NCBI GenBank assembly: GCA_963785305.1
Contig: CAWAUV010000007.1
Span: forward strand, 416,001-480,000
Source of the DNA: an uncultured Planctomycetaceae bacterium
GTDB lineage: Bacteria > Planctomycetota > Planctomycetia > Pirellulales > PALSA-1355
Length of the DNA: 64,000 bases
Direction: 5' to 3'
In this document: in pieces, positions 24,696 to 37,570 of the stretch
Numbering within the stretch: the stretch's first letter is position 1
How the letters are laid out: each line of letters opens with the position of its first letter
Translations under genes and position numbers: made by a program
The notes under the pieces: model-generated
Databases searched by the model: none
Seen by the model: the letters and a program-made list of their open reading frames with translations, nothing else
Told to the model about the DNA's origin: nothing

Positions 24696-25057
24696 GGAAA
24701 ACGCCGATCGAAACCTCGGGCTGTCGCGTTGCATTTCGTTGGCCAGAGAGAGGAAAAGTAGCTTGTGGTCGCGCTCGATGGCGCGCACTACAGGGGCCGC
24801 AAAACCGGGCCCGCGCTGGGTCGAGCGGCGATATTCCGAAGGGTCCGGCGTCGCCAAACGCGGCCAGGATGGGGATGAAACGGGGCGACGCCGTAAACTC
24901 CAGTTTACTTGAACACCGCCGCCATACAACGCATTTGTAATGCCCGACATGCGACCACGAGCCGAAAAATCAAGCTTTTCTCATATCGCTTCTGATATCG
25001 GCCGGCGTGGAACGAAGCGCGTCGACGGCGGAGCCGAGCGACACCCCCCCGGCACTT

Positions 25058-25859
25058 TTACGCCCGGCGCTCGGCGGTGATGAGCACTTGGCGAAACTCT
25101 TCTTGCAGGTCCCGCTGGCCGCCCACGATCGGGTGTGGGCGGCGCAAGTCGAAGGGCCGTCCCTCGATATCGGTCACTGTTCCGCCGGCTTCTTCCACGA
25201 GCAGCACCCCGGCGGCCACGTCCCAGGCTTTTGTCGTGAGGGCCCAAAAAGCATCGAACCGTCCCGAGGCGACATAGGCCAAATTCAAGGCTGCCGAGCC
25301 GGTGCGGCGAATCGATTGAGCCTTGTGGATCATCGCCACGAACTGATCGATTTCGCATGAATCGCGAGCAACTTGGGCCGAAAAGCTCGCCGCCACCAGG
25401 GCGTCGGAAAGCCGATGCACCGGGCTGGTCGCGATTCTTCGGCCATTGAGCCAGGCGCCCTGGCCTTTGGCGGCGGTAAAACATTCCTCGGAATTGGGGT
25501 CGTAGATGACCCCCGCCATCGGGCGGCCCCGCGACACGCAGCGCCACCGACACGCAGTAATGAGGCATGCCGTGTACATAGTTCGTCGTGCCATCGAGCG
25601 GATCGACGATCCAGCAGTATTCGCGCTCGACATCGACCGGGGCCGGGTCCTCTTCGCCGATAAACGCATGGTCGGGAAAGCGATTGAGCACTTCGGCCCG
25701 AACGGCGGCCTGCGCCGCGAGATCGGCTTCGGTCACGAGATCGGCGGGGCCTTTTTCGCGCACCGCGAAACGTCCGCGCCAGTCGCGGAGCACTCCGCCA
25801 GCGGCGCGGGCAGCGATTTCGGCGGCTTCGACAAACGGGTTGAGCGCGGCTTCGGCCAT
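25058..25859 (-). CDS. suhB: Inositol monophosphatase family protein, frameshift near 25530
   Basis: DLVTEAD, WIVDPLDGTTNYVHG, RRTGSAALNLAYVASGRFD and WDVAAG. Confidence 0.92.
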
Positions 25860-26042
25860 GGGAGCGACCTTGGTTGTTTTTGACAGCGGTTTTGGCCCAC
25901 TGCCGCGAGCATCGCCGCGCCGGCTTGGGCGAGGTTTTCGGGTCTAGGTTTTCGTATTATAGAAGCCCGAACCGCGACGTAACCCCCAGATGGCCAGCCG
26001 GGATTGAAAATCGGACGAACTAAAAAAATTTTGCTCAACCTC

Positions 26043-26070
26043 TGGACATTGAAAACCGTTCTGGTAATAT
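26043..26070 (+). promoter_or_regulatory. Sigma70-like promoter
   Basis: TGGACA-N16-TAATAT with an extended -10 TGn, in an AT-rich intergenic region. Confidence 0.5.
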
Positions 26071-26075
26071 CACGG

Positions 26076-26205
26076 GTGAAGACCGCTGCAATCCCGAGTC
26101 GTGCTCATTTTCGGATTCATACCCTTTTATTATTCCGTCGGGTTTACGGCCTCTTCTCTGTTCCGGCCCCGCCGTATCGCGTCAAGCGGTCGGCGGGGTT
26201 TTTTT
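26076..26205 (+). ncRNA. Candidate small RNA or leader (~130 nt)
   Basis: Lies between a promoter-like motif and a strong terminator. U/C-rich, with no convincing ORF. Confidence 0.4.
26167..26205 (+). terminator. Intrinsic terminator
   Basis: CCCCGCCG...CGGCGGGG stem followed by T7. Confidence 0.85.
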
Positions 26206-26296
26206 GTTGGTTCTGTTTATTGACTGAGTTGTTGTATCGGGGGGCTTCTTTCAGGGAGGCTCGCTCTCGGCCCGCGCGGCGCGTGGTTTTTCGGCA

Positions 26297-27086
26297 ATGG
26301 CAACTGGGTTTTGGAATCTGCAATCCCTTCGGGCGACACTTGCCTGCGGTGCGCTTGAAGCCACGCTCGATCCTCGCTTTCCGGCCCGGGGACTTCATCA
26401 ATTATGGGTGCTCGGCCGACCGGTCGACGGCGCTTCGCTTCTGGGAGTCGAGTTGCCGGACGATGTCACGGGTCCCGACGCCGCGGTCGATGTGCATGTT
26501 CGCTCGGCCGATCTCGTGGCGAGCTATGCCCCTAGTCGGGGTTGGCCTTATGGGGCCCAGATCTATTGGCGGGTGTGGATCCCCGAGCAAGCGGCGGTGC
26601 TGGCGGCAGTCGAGCTGATTGTCTCGGTGCAAACGAACCTGCTCGATAGCCATCCAAGGCTCATGGCCCGTAGCTGGCTTCCCGAATGCGATGTGCTGCG
26701 GCTCTCGCAAGTGGAGCGTGGCGCGTTTGTCGCCGTTTCGCCGACGCCGTGGATCGCCGCGAACGACGGTTCGACTGGCGCGTTCGGACCCGAGCGTTGC
26801 CCCCAGCATTCTGGCCTCGGCCGCGCTGATGCTTCGCCCGCGCGACGAAGCGTGGACCTATGGTGAGTTTGCCCATCCGAGCGGGCCGGCGGAGACGGAA
26901 ATCTGCTCGGCGCCGGCGCCGGCGGCTATTTCGATCGGGTATCGGCTCTTTGCCGAGCGGCTGGAAAAAGGCGTGATTCTGCGAGCCCGCGTGCTGGGCG
27001 GCATTGTCGAGCGCGGGCAAGAGCGGTTGCAACTCGCGGCCCTATATCGTGAGTTCGCCGCCAGTGAACCGCCGCTCACGGTGTAG
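26297..27086 (+). CDS. Hypothetical protein, frameshift near 26790
   Basis: ORF 26297-26866 continues in ORF 26619-27086, ending in LFAERLEKGVILRARV...EPPLTV. Coding-like composition. Confidence 0.65.
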
Positions 27087-27179
27087 CTCCGCGGGGCTTC
27101 CTTGCATCACTTGCGACGGCCGCGCGGTTTTCGCTTTTCCCTAGAAACCCTGGAACTCAACTCGTCGAAAGAGAATTCC

Positions 27180-28465
<1,286 letters not shown>

Positions 28466-28655
28466 CCGTGCGCGCGAGCACGCTCCGTGGGCACACGTGG
28501 CATTCAAAAGCGAGCGGCTCGGCCAATTCGTAAATCGAATCGGCCGAGCCGCGACGTTTGACGATGATTACTTCGACGAGATCACTGGCCGAGGTTGACC
28601 ATTTCGTCGATCGGTCCGCTCGAGCGGCCCGTTGATATTTCAGCAGGCCGCGAGC

Positions 28656-30158
28656 CTACTTGGCGGCCAGGGCGGGAGCTTTCTTTTCGGTTCCCGTGCA
28701 GCCTGGAACCGGGGTCGTGCAAGACGGAGCCATCGGGGCCACGGCTCGCCGCTCCCAGACCTTGATCTTCTGGGGAACCATGCGGCAGACCTGGACTTGA
28801 ACCTCTTTTTCGACGGTGTGCGGAACTTGCACGGTGTAGTTCTCGGTGTGGCTCTCCGGCACGTATTTCATCACGGTCACTTGCCGCGAGCGAGTCTCTT
28901 GCTTGGGCACGCAAACCACGTAGGGCACTTCGCGAGTTTGCTGCTCGGTGACGTATTTGCACACTTGCACCGCGCGGGTGCGAGTTTCCGGGCGGCAGAG
29001 CGTCACGGTATATGTGTAGGGCACATCGACAAACGTCGGCCGATTCACGCACACCGTGTAGGGCTTCGCCACGCACACCGTGTAAGGAACCTCGCGCGAC
29101 ACCGTTTCTTGCACCATGCGGGGCACATTCACCGTGCAGGTGCGCTGTTCTTGGCGGCAGAGCGTCACCGTGTAGGTATACGGCTCCTCGACCACCACCG
29201 GCTTGCAGACCGAAACCGTGACCTGCTCCTCGACGATGTTCGGCACCCAAACCTGTTGCGGACATGGCGCCGGAGCACAGGCGGCAGGCGCTCCGCAGCC
29301 CACGGGACCACCACAACCCATTGGCATGCCACAACCCGGCCCGGCATAGGGCCCGCAGCAGCGGCGGCGGAAGCAGCAGTTCATGATGCATGCCGGTCCA
29401 CCAAATGATGGACCCATCGGTCCCATGGCGCAGCCCGGCGGGGCACACGGGGCCGCGCAGGGCGGCGGGGCACATGGTTGCGGGGCACATGGTTGCGGGG
29501 CACATGGTTGCGGGGCAACCGTTTCGTAGTGCCCGCGATCGACGCGAATCGTTCGCGGTTCACTCACCTGGGTCCAATGGCACACGCGCCGAGTGGCTTG
29601 CCGCTGTTCTTGGTAAGGCACATTCACCGTGTAGGCGCGGGTTTGCGCTTCCATCACCACGCGGCAGACCGGAAAGGTTTCCGTCCGGGTGCGCGTCTCC
29701 GGAACCATCGCCATGCGAGTTTCCGTGGTCGGCGTCAGCTTGCACACGCGACGCGTGGCCTGTCGCTGCTCTTGATAGGGAACCGAAACCGTGTAGGTCT
29801 GATTCACGGTGCTCATCACCGGCTTGCAAACATTGTATGTTTCGGTGCGGGTGCGGCGCTCGGGAACCATCACGGTGAAGTTTTCCGAGATGGTCTGCAA
29901 TTCCGGCACGCAGCGATTCACCGTAAAGGTGCGCTGCCGCTGCTCGGAGCGGCATTCGACGACCGAAATCTTGCGTGTTTCCGTGACCATGGTCGGCCGC
30001 ATTACGGTCTTCTCAACCTGCTCGTAGGTGTAGCAGGGGGCACACGGCGCCGGCGCGGAGCAGCCTCCGCAAGGCCCTTGCGCGAGGGCGGGCCGAAAGA
30101 TTCCAAAGCCCAGGATCAACAGGGACAGCGCTAGGCCAATCACGCGACGCTTGCTCAT
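28656..30158 (-). CDS. Secreted Cys/Pro-rich YTV-repeat protein
   Basis: Signal peptide, many ~22-aa YTVxVPxxExRTRxVxVC repeats and a central Cys/Pro/Gly-rich insert. Confidence 0.85.
   Translation of the reverse strand: MSKRRVIGLALSLLILGFGIFRPALAQGPCGGCSAPAPCAPCYTYEQVEKTVMRPTMVTETRKISVVECRSEQRQRTFTVNRCVPELQTISENFTVMVPERRTRTETYNVCKPVMSTVNQTYTVSVPYQEQRQATRRVCKLTPTTETRMAMVPETRTRTETFPVCRVVMEAQTRAYTVNVPYQEQRQATRRVCHWTQVSEPRTIRVDRGHYETVAPQPCAPQPCAPQPCAPPPCAAPCAPPGCAMGPMGPSFGGPACIMNCCFRRRCCGPYAGPGCGMPMGCGGPVGCGAPAACAPAPCPQQVWVPNIVEEQVTVSVCKPVVVEEPYTYTVTLCRQEQRTCTVNVPRMVQETVSREVPYTVCVAKPYTVCVNRPTFVDVPYTYTVTLCRPETRTRAVQVCKYVTEQQTREVPYVVCVPKQETRSRQVTVMKYVPESHTENYTVQVPHTVEKEVQVQVCRMVPQKIKVWERRAVAPMAPSCTTPVPGCTGTEKKAPALAAK
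29466..29517. repeat. 15-bp tandem repeat (about 3.5 copies) encoding APQPC
   Basis: GGGGCACATGGTTGC x3, inside the YTV gene. Confidence 0.9.
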
Positions 30159-30365
30159 GGAACACGCTCACTCTCGAAGATAAGACCGCGAAGCGCTCCC
30201 GCACGCGCGGAATCGAGGCGCCCGCCGAGGGCAAAGCCTCGCGCGGATCATCACGGCGCGGAGCAGTATAGCGCTACGGCCAGCGCGAGTCAAGCAGCGG
30301 AAAATTTTACGATGCTTGCCATGTGCTCACCATTTCCCCACATTCCAGGAATATCATCCACACAC

Positions 30366-30455
30366 GACGTAAGCGACTTCACGACTCGCCCGATCCCGCG
30401 CGGCGCTTGGCGAGGTTCAAATAGGCCACGAGGGCATTTTTCAACAGGCTGCTAG
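30366..30455. mobile_element. Probable truncated MITE/IS end
   Basis: Ends in TTTTTCAACAGGCTGCTAG, resembling CTAG-targeting IS terminal repeats. No partner end was found in the window. Confidence 0.45.
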
Positions 30456-30626
30456 GCGGAGGCGGGGCTTGCGAGCTGTTTCTTGAAGAACCGCATTTTC
30501 TTGACATTCCTCTGGCTTGTGCGCCGCCGTCCGGCGCCGCTTGTTCGTAATGGGAAGCATGTTTACGATTACGTTTCGTGATGCCGACGCCGCGAAGGCG
30601 CCTCAAACCGCAATGGCGAGCAAGCA

Positions 30627-32745
30627 ATGCGAAAACTCCTCGCGAACCGTGCCGTTCCGTGTCGATTCCTCACTGTTCTCGGAGGCCTGGCGATCGCGAT
30701 CGTCGCCACGGCCGCCCCGCGCGCCTGGCATGTTCCGGCGACCGATCGCGAAGTCGAAGCCGAGCTTGGGGAAATCACCGTTACCGAGATCGAGCTCACG
30801 ACGGCCGACGGGCAAACTCTCAAGATCGCGCGAGAAACTTGCCCCCGCCGACCGCGAATTCGTCGAAGGTCCTGGCCGCGTGCAACTCGGCGCCCAGCGA
30901 TACAACGCCGCCTGCGAAAAACTCAAGGCCAACGAACTTCCCGCGGCGCTCTCGCTTTTCGACCGCGCGCTCGCGCTGCGGCCCGAATTCGCCGAAGCGC
31001 TCGTCAATCGCGGATTGGCCCACGACCTCTCGGGCCACTACTCGCTGGCGATCGACGACTTCACCGCCGCGCTCAAGATCGACGATCACATGGCCTCGGC
31101 CTATGTGAATCGCGCCATCGCCCACCGCAACCACGACCATCGGCCCGAAGCGCTCGCCGATTTCACGGCGGCGCTCAAGCTCGACGAAAAAGACACCGAC
31201 GCGCTTCGCGGGCGAGCCGGGGTCGAATTCGAACTCGGCGACAGCCCGGCGGCGATCAAGGACCTTGACGCCGCGATCGCCGCCGAGCCCGAAAACGCCA
31301 CGAGCTTCAATTGCCGCGGCTACATCCGCGCCGTCGAGGGCGACGCCCGGGCCGCCATCGCCGATTACAACGAAGCGGTTCGCATCGCTCCCGACGACGC
31401 CACGATTCGCTTCAATCGCGGCAACACGTATGAAGACCTCGGCGAATATGAAAAAGCGATCGATGATCTCTCGCTCGCCATCAAGGCCGATCCCGACTTT
31501 ATCGACGCCCATGGAGTGCGTGGCGTGGCGTATTTTCATCGGGGCGATTATCCGGCCGCGATCGCCGACTTCGATAAGACCATTGCCCTCGATCCCGGCT
31601 TCGTGAGCGGCTGGTTCAATCGCGGCCGCGCGCGGCTGGCCGCTGGCGATCGCGAACAGGCGATCGCCGATTGGACCGAAACCTTGCGGCTCGCGCCCGA
31701 GCATGCCGAAGCGCGCATCAATCGCGGGCTCGCGTTGCTCGAGTCGGGCCGGCTCGAGCAGTCGCTGGAGGATTTGAACGCGGCGGTCGCCTTGCAGCCC
31801 GATCGCGCGGCGCCGCTGGCCCATCGCGGCGCTTGCCAAACCAAGCGCCACAATCACATCGCCGCGCTGGCCGACTTCGATCAAGCGCTCACGCTCGACC
31901 CGAAATTCGTGCCCGCGCTTGTGGGCCGCGGCGACACTCGCGCCGCGCTGCGTCAGTTCGAGTTGGCCCTGGCCGACTACACCGCGGCGCTCGAGGTCGA
32001 CGCGGCGTCGACCGAAGCCCGGCTCGGCCGCGGGCAGGCGCGGTTGGAGACGGGCGACCACGACGGCGCCCTGGCCGACTACTCCGCGCTCATCGAGCGT
32101 GAAGCCGCCAAGCCGCTCGGCGAGCGCTCGGCCGAAGCCTATATTGGCCGCGCCATCGTGCGTCAAGCCAAGCAAGCATGGCAAGAAAGCATCGCCGACC
32201 TGGACGAATCCATTCGCATCAAGCCTAAACTTGCCGTCGCCTACAACAATCGCGGTTTCGCGTACTACAACGTCAACGACTTGCCGCGAGCCGTGGCCGA
32301 CTTCGACGCGTCGCTCAAGCTCGACCCCAACTCGGCGCTCACCTACAACAACCGCGGCATTACCCATGCGCGCCAAAACAACTTCGACGCCGCGATCGTC
32401 GACTTGAACGCCGCGATCAAGCTCGACCCGGAATATGCCGACGCCTACGGCAACCGCGGCTACGCCCTGCGGCAAAAGGGAGAGGTCGACAAGGCCGTGG
32501 CCGACTACACGACCAACATTCGCTTGCGCCCCACCGCGCCGCAAGCATATCTCAATCGCGGGCTCGCGCATTACCATGCCAAGAGATTCGAGCTCGCGAT
32601 CACCGACTTTTCAAAGGCGATCGAACTCGCGCCCACGCTGGCTTCGGCCTATCGCGCTCGCGGCCTGGCGTATCAGGCCGCCGGCAACGCGGCGCTCGCG
32701 AAGCGCGATGGCGAGAAGGCCGAGCAACTTTCCGCGAAACCGTGA
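30627..32745 (+). CDS. Exported protein with SHD1-like N-domain and about 17-18 TPR repeats, frameshift near 30835
   Basis: Signal peptide, W...EVEAEL...LTTADG..IARE/KLAPADREFV (SHD1-like), then regular AY.NRG...A..D...AI.LDP repeats. Confidence 0.9.
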
Positions 32746-33078
32746 GCGTGGCGCGGCTGGCGGCGACAAGCGGTTGCTAGCGTGCGTCTTCGTGTCGGGC
32801 CAGCCAATGCCCCCCGCGCGACTTTGCCGCTTTCGCGGGTTGTGTGGGCGCGCGGGCGAATTCGTCGGTGGAGAGTTCCTCGCGATCTGTATTTGCCGTT
32901 GGATTCCCACAACCGGCGAATCCGATGCCATGATTACGCCCGGCGCAATGAGAACAATCGCCCCTGCTTGCGCTGCCGGCGCCCAATCGACGGGGCCTCG
33001 CGCCCGGGCTCTCGCTCGCGGCGACTCGCAACGGGTTGCCGCGCGGGTGGTTTCAGAAGTCTCATTTCCCGAGCTTGC

Positions 33079-34698
33079 ATGAAGTCTCGCTTGTCGCCGA
33101 TTTTCGTCGCCGTGGTCGCCGCGCTCTTCATGCGCACGGGACGCTCGGCGCGCAGATCACGTCGCTGGCCGACGACATTATCCTGATCAGCAAAGGCGCT
33201 CAGGCGGAGCAAGATCAGCAGTCGCGCGGCCGACTGGGAAGGGCCATCGGCGGATCGGACAACCTGCTTGGCCCAAGCCCCGGCTTCGCGCGCCGGTGCT
33301 GGGGCTGGGAGAGTCGCCCGGCTCGCGCGGCGCCTCGACCCAGAAGCCTGGTGGCGATGTGCTCTCGAACATCGGCCGCGAAGGTCATGATTTTCGTCGC
33401 ATACGCGCAAAACCATGGCGCAACAGCCGAGCAAATTGCCCCCGATCTTCGGCCCCATGGAAATTCCCGCCGAAGAAGACGCAACGCCGGCCGATGGCCT
33501 GACGCTCGAACAAGCGATCGCGCGGCTGATTGCCAAGAATCATGAACTGCGCAACAAGTTTTACGAGATTCCCCAGGCTCGGGCCGATGTGCTCACCGCC
33601 AGTTTGCGGGCCAACCCGCTCTGGTTCGCCGGCGCGTCGGCGCTGCCCTATGGTCAATACAGCGCCCAGCGACCCGGCCAGCCGAGCTATGGCGGCACGC
33701 TCATTTATCCGTTCGACGTATCGCACAAGCGCGTGTCCCGCACCGAAGTGGCTCAGTGGGAAGTCCGCGTGCTCGAGGCACAATATCAAGACGCGGTGCG
33801 GCAAGAGATCGAGTTGCTGCATGCGGCGTGGCTGGATGTGCTCGCGGCCCGGGAAACAATGCGTTATGCCCAGGCGAGCAAAGCCGGCCTCGAGCATTTG
33901 GCGCGGCTCGGCAAGACTCAGATCGAAGGACAAGCCATCTCGCGCTCGGATTACGATCGAATCTTGATCCAGTTCGAATCGGCGCAGATCGCGGTCGAGC
34001 AGGCGAACGCTGAATTGCGGCTGGCGAATCATCGGCTCGGGCTGCTGCTCGACTACGCGCCGGCCGAAGCGGACGAGATTCGGCTGAATTCCAAATTGCG
34101 ATCCGTCGCCCCGCCGTTGCCGGCTCGCGAGGAATTGATCACGCAAGCGATCGCCCGCCGGCCCGATATCAACGCCTACCGCTTGGGCGTGCAAAGGGCC
34201 GAGGCCGATGTGCGGCTAGCCGAGGCCGAGAAGACGGCCGATGTATTCGCCCTCTATTCGCCCTACAACTATCAAGACAATCGCCCGACCGGAACCCAGA
34301 GCGTTTCCAATTGGTCGCTCGCCTTCTTCGGGAGCGTGCCGCTGTTTAATCGCAATCAGGGCAATATTCAACGGGCACAACTCAATGTGTCGCAAACCCG
34401 TTCCGAGCTTTCGACGGTCGAGCATCATATTACGGTCGAGGTGGGCGACGCGCTCGATGAATATCAAGCGGCGCAGGAGGCCATGCTGCGGATCGAGCGC
34501 ACGATCTTGCCGCGCTCGATGCGCATTCGCGCCGCGTCGATCCGGCTGCTCGAATCGGGGGAATCCAGCGCGCTTGATTTCTTGAACGTCCAGCGCGAAC
34601 ACAGCGAAGTGGTGCGGCAATATCGCGACGCGCTGATCCGGCGCCGCCGCGCGATGCTGCGAGTCAACACCGCGGTCGGCCAGCGAATTCTGCCGTAA
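33079..34698 (+). CDS. TolC/CzcC-family outer membrane efflux protein, 5' frameshifts
   Basis: LTLEQAI, ARADVLTASLRANP, RRPD, VPLFNRNQGNI and GESSALDFL. Confidence 0.88.
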
Positions 34699-34867
34699 AA
34701 GAAGCCTGGCCGCCGCGGTTTTTTCGAGCGATGCGCGCGAGCGGGTTCGTTCTCGCTCGCGGCGCTAGAATCGCCTCGGTCCGGCGTGTAGGATGGCAGC
34801 CATCTCCGCGGGCGCACCCCGTTTTCGGCTCCTCGGAATCCAGCTTCACTTCGAAAAAGGCCCAGGC

Positions 34868-36359
34868 ATGACGAACGCGTCGCCCACGCGGTGGACCCGC
34901 GAAATGACCGGTTACCACTGGTTCGTGTTGATCGTGGCGTCGCTCGGCTGGTTGTTCGATTGTCTCGATCAGCAACTGTTCAATATCGCCCGCGTGCCGG
35001 CAATGAATGATCTGCTCAAGCCCGCGGCGGCCACGGAAGCCCAAAAAACATGGTGGGAATCGCATCGCGACTTCGGCGGTGGAGGAGAAAGGCAAGGGCT
35101 GGCGGGTCGAGGGTGAGCCGGGCTATTTCGACGACGCCGGTCGCTCGATGACCGATCGCAAGGACCCCAAATTCTACGGCACGGTGGCCACCAGCATCTT
35201 TCTCATTGGCTGGGCAACCGGCGGCTTGATCTTCGGCGTGGTCGGCGACCGGCTGGGCCGCGCCAAGACAATGGTCATCACGATCTTCATCTATGCGGTC
35301 TGCACCGGGCTAAGCGCCTTGGCCACCGGGTTCTGGGATTTCGCGTTCTATCGGTTCATCACGGGCTTGGGCGTCGGCGGCGAATTTGCCGTCGGCGTGG
35401 CGCTGATCGCCGAAACGGTGCCAGCCTCGGCCCGCACCCAAGCGCTGGCGCTGTTGCAAGCGCTCTCGGCGGTGGGCAATGTGCTCGCCGCGCTGATCGC
35501 CATCTTTTTCGGACACTTGGAACAAACCGGCGCGGGCGGCTCGATGCTGGGGCTCGCTTCCTGGCGCTGGATGTTCATTATCGGCGCCGTGCCGGCTTTG
35601 TTCGTGGTGTTCATCCAGCGAAAGCTCAAGGAGCCCGAGGCCTGGCTCAAGATGAAAGCCGCGGGCGGCGTGGGCGTTCACAAGGCCGGCTCGTATGCCG
35701 CGCTGTTCGAAGACCCTCGCTGGCGACGGCATACGATCATCGGCCTCCTCTTGGCCGGAGTCGGCGTGATCGGTCTCTGGGGCATCGGGTTTTTCGCCGT
35801 CGACTTGCAGCGGTACGTGAATCGGCAGAATCTCGAAAACGAGGGATTCTTGCCGGGCTCGGAGCTCGACGGGGCCCTGATGAAGTGGCAAGGCATCGCG
35901 TCGATGATGATTCAGATCGGCGCGTTTTTCGGAATGCTCACGTTTGGCAAAGTCGCGCAGCGATTTGGGCGCCGGCCCGCATTTGCCCTCGCCTTTCTTG
36001 GCGCCTTCGGCAGCACCCTGCTCGTATTTTTCGAACTCAGCGATTGGACTGACTTTTGGATGCTCAGCCTCATGGGCTACTTCCAGCTCTCGCTATTTGC
36101 CGGTTACGCGATCTATTTTCCCGAGCTGTTTCCCACGAGCCTCCGCAGCACGGGAACATCGTTTTGCTACAACGTCGGCCGGTTCGTCGCCGCGTCGGGG
36201 CCGCTTCTGCTCGGCTATCTGACGACCGAGGTTTTCGCGGGCTATGGCAGACCGCTGGATAGTCGCTATGCCGGAGCGACCATGTGCGCGGTGTTTATCC
36301 TCGGTTTGCTGGTGTTGCCATTTGCTCCCGAAACCCGCGGTCGACCTTTGCCGGAGTAG
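34868..36359 (+). CDS. MFS transporter, frameshift near 35050
   Basis: LGWLFDCLDQQLF, GDRLGRAK, RFITGLGVGGE and FPELFPTSLRSTG. Confidence 0.92.
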
Positions 36360-36361
36360 CC

Positions 36362-37570
36362 ATGCCCCGGGCCTCGGCTTCAAATAGCGGCGCGCTCGCG
36401 CGAAAGAGTCGTCCGCTGGTGAAGAAAAACGCCCCGGTGATCGGCGCCGCCGCCGAAGCCGCCGAGTTGCTCGCGCCGGCTCGGCTGCGGCGGTTTCGTC
36501 GCCGGCTCGTGACATGGTTTCAAACCCATCGCCGCGATTTGCCCTGGCGACGTTCGCGCGATCCCTACCGAGTGTGGATCAGCGAGATCATGCTCCAGCA
36601 AACGCAAGTAGCCACGGTCATTCCCTATTTCGAGCGGTTTCTCGCCGCGTTTCCAAATGTCGAGAGTCTCGCCGCGGCGCGGGAAGAAGAGGTGCTGCGT
36701 CTCTGGGAAGGGCTGGGCTATTATCGCCGGGCCCGACAGTTGCACGCCGCCGCCGCCCGCATTGTCGCCGAGCACGGCGGCGAGTTTCCCCGCTCGCTCG
36801 ACGCGCTGCGCGCCTTGCCCGGCGTGGGGCGCTGCACGGCCGGGGCGATCGCTTCGATCGCTTATGACCTGCCGGCCCCGATCCTCGAAGCCAACACCGT
36901 GCGGCTCTTGGCCCGACTCGTGGCCTACTCGGGCGATGTGACATCCGGCGCCGGCCAATCGCTGCTCTGGCGCGTGGCCGAATCGCTTGTGCCGGCGCGA
37001 AATCCCGGTGAATTGAATCAGGCGCTCATGGAGCTCGGCGCGCTGGTTTGCACGCCGCGCGAGCCGCGCTGCGAAGCGTGTCCCGTGGCAGCGCACTGCG
37101 CCGCGCGCCGCGCAAAGCGCGAGCGTGAGCTGCCGCGCCCCAAAACCAAAATCCCGGCGACTCATTTGCATGAAGCCGCGATCGTCGTGCGCCGTGGCGA
37201 GCGGATATTTGTGCGGCAGTGCGGCGAAGGCGAACGCTGGGCCGGACTGTGGGATTTTCCACGCGTCGCCTGGACCGGTCGCGAGACCGAGGCGCATCGC
37301 GAATGGACGATGGCGGTGCGAGAGCTGACCGGCTTACAAGTTCGCATCGGTCCCCATCTCGCCACGCTCAAACACGGCGTCACGCGCTATCGCATCACGC
37401 TCCATTGCCACGCGGCCCAGTGGGTCTCGGGCCGGTTGGCGGCGAAGCGCGGCGGCCCGGCTCGCTGGGTGAGCGTGGCGGAGCTCGACGCCCTGCCGCT
37501 GAGCGCGACCGGCCGCAAGATCGGCCATTTACTGCTCCAGAGCCCGGCGAATCGGTCCGCGATTCGTTAA
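36362..37570 (+). CDS. mutY: A/G-specific adenine glycosylase
   Basis: RDLPWR, SEIMLQQTQV, WEGLGYY, HhH LPGVG, [4Fe-4S] motif CTPREPRCEACPVAAHC and a C-terminal NUDIX-like domain. Confidence 0.96.
   Translation: MPRASASNSGALARKSRPLVKKNAPVIGAAAEAAELLAPARLRRFRRRLVTWFQTHRRDLPWRRSRDPYRVWISEIMLQQTQVATVIPYFERFLAAFPNVESLAAAREEEVLRLWEGLGYYRRARQLHAAAARIVAEHGGEFPRSLDALRALPGVGRCTAGAIASIAYDLPAPILEANTVRLLARLVAYSGDVTSGAGQSLLWRVAESLVPARNPGELNQALMELGALVCTPREPRCEACPVAAHCAARRAKRERELPRPKTKIPATHLHEAAIVVRRGERIFVRQCGEGERWAGLWDFPRVAWTGRETEAHREWTMAVRELTGLQVRIGPHLATLKHGVTRYRITLHCHAAQWVSGRLAAKRGGPARWVSVAELDALPLSATGRKIGHLLLQSPANRSAIR

Noticed and set aside
29466..29517. Short direct repeats as a possible CRISPR array
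   Set aside because: Head-to-tail 15-mers without spacers, in frame within a CDS, and no cas genes.
30820..32577. 585-aa repetitive minus-strand ORF
   Set aside because: Mirror of the TPR repeats on the plus strand.
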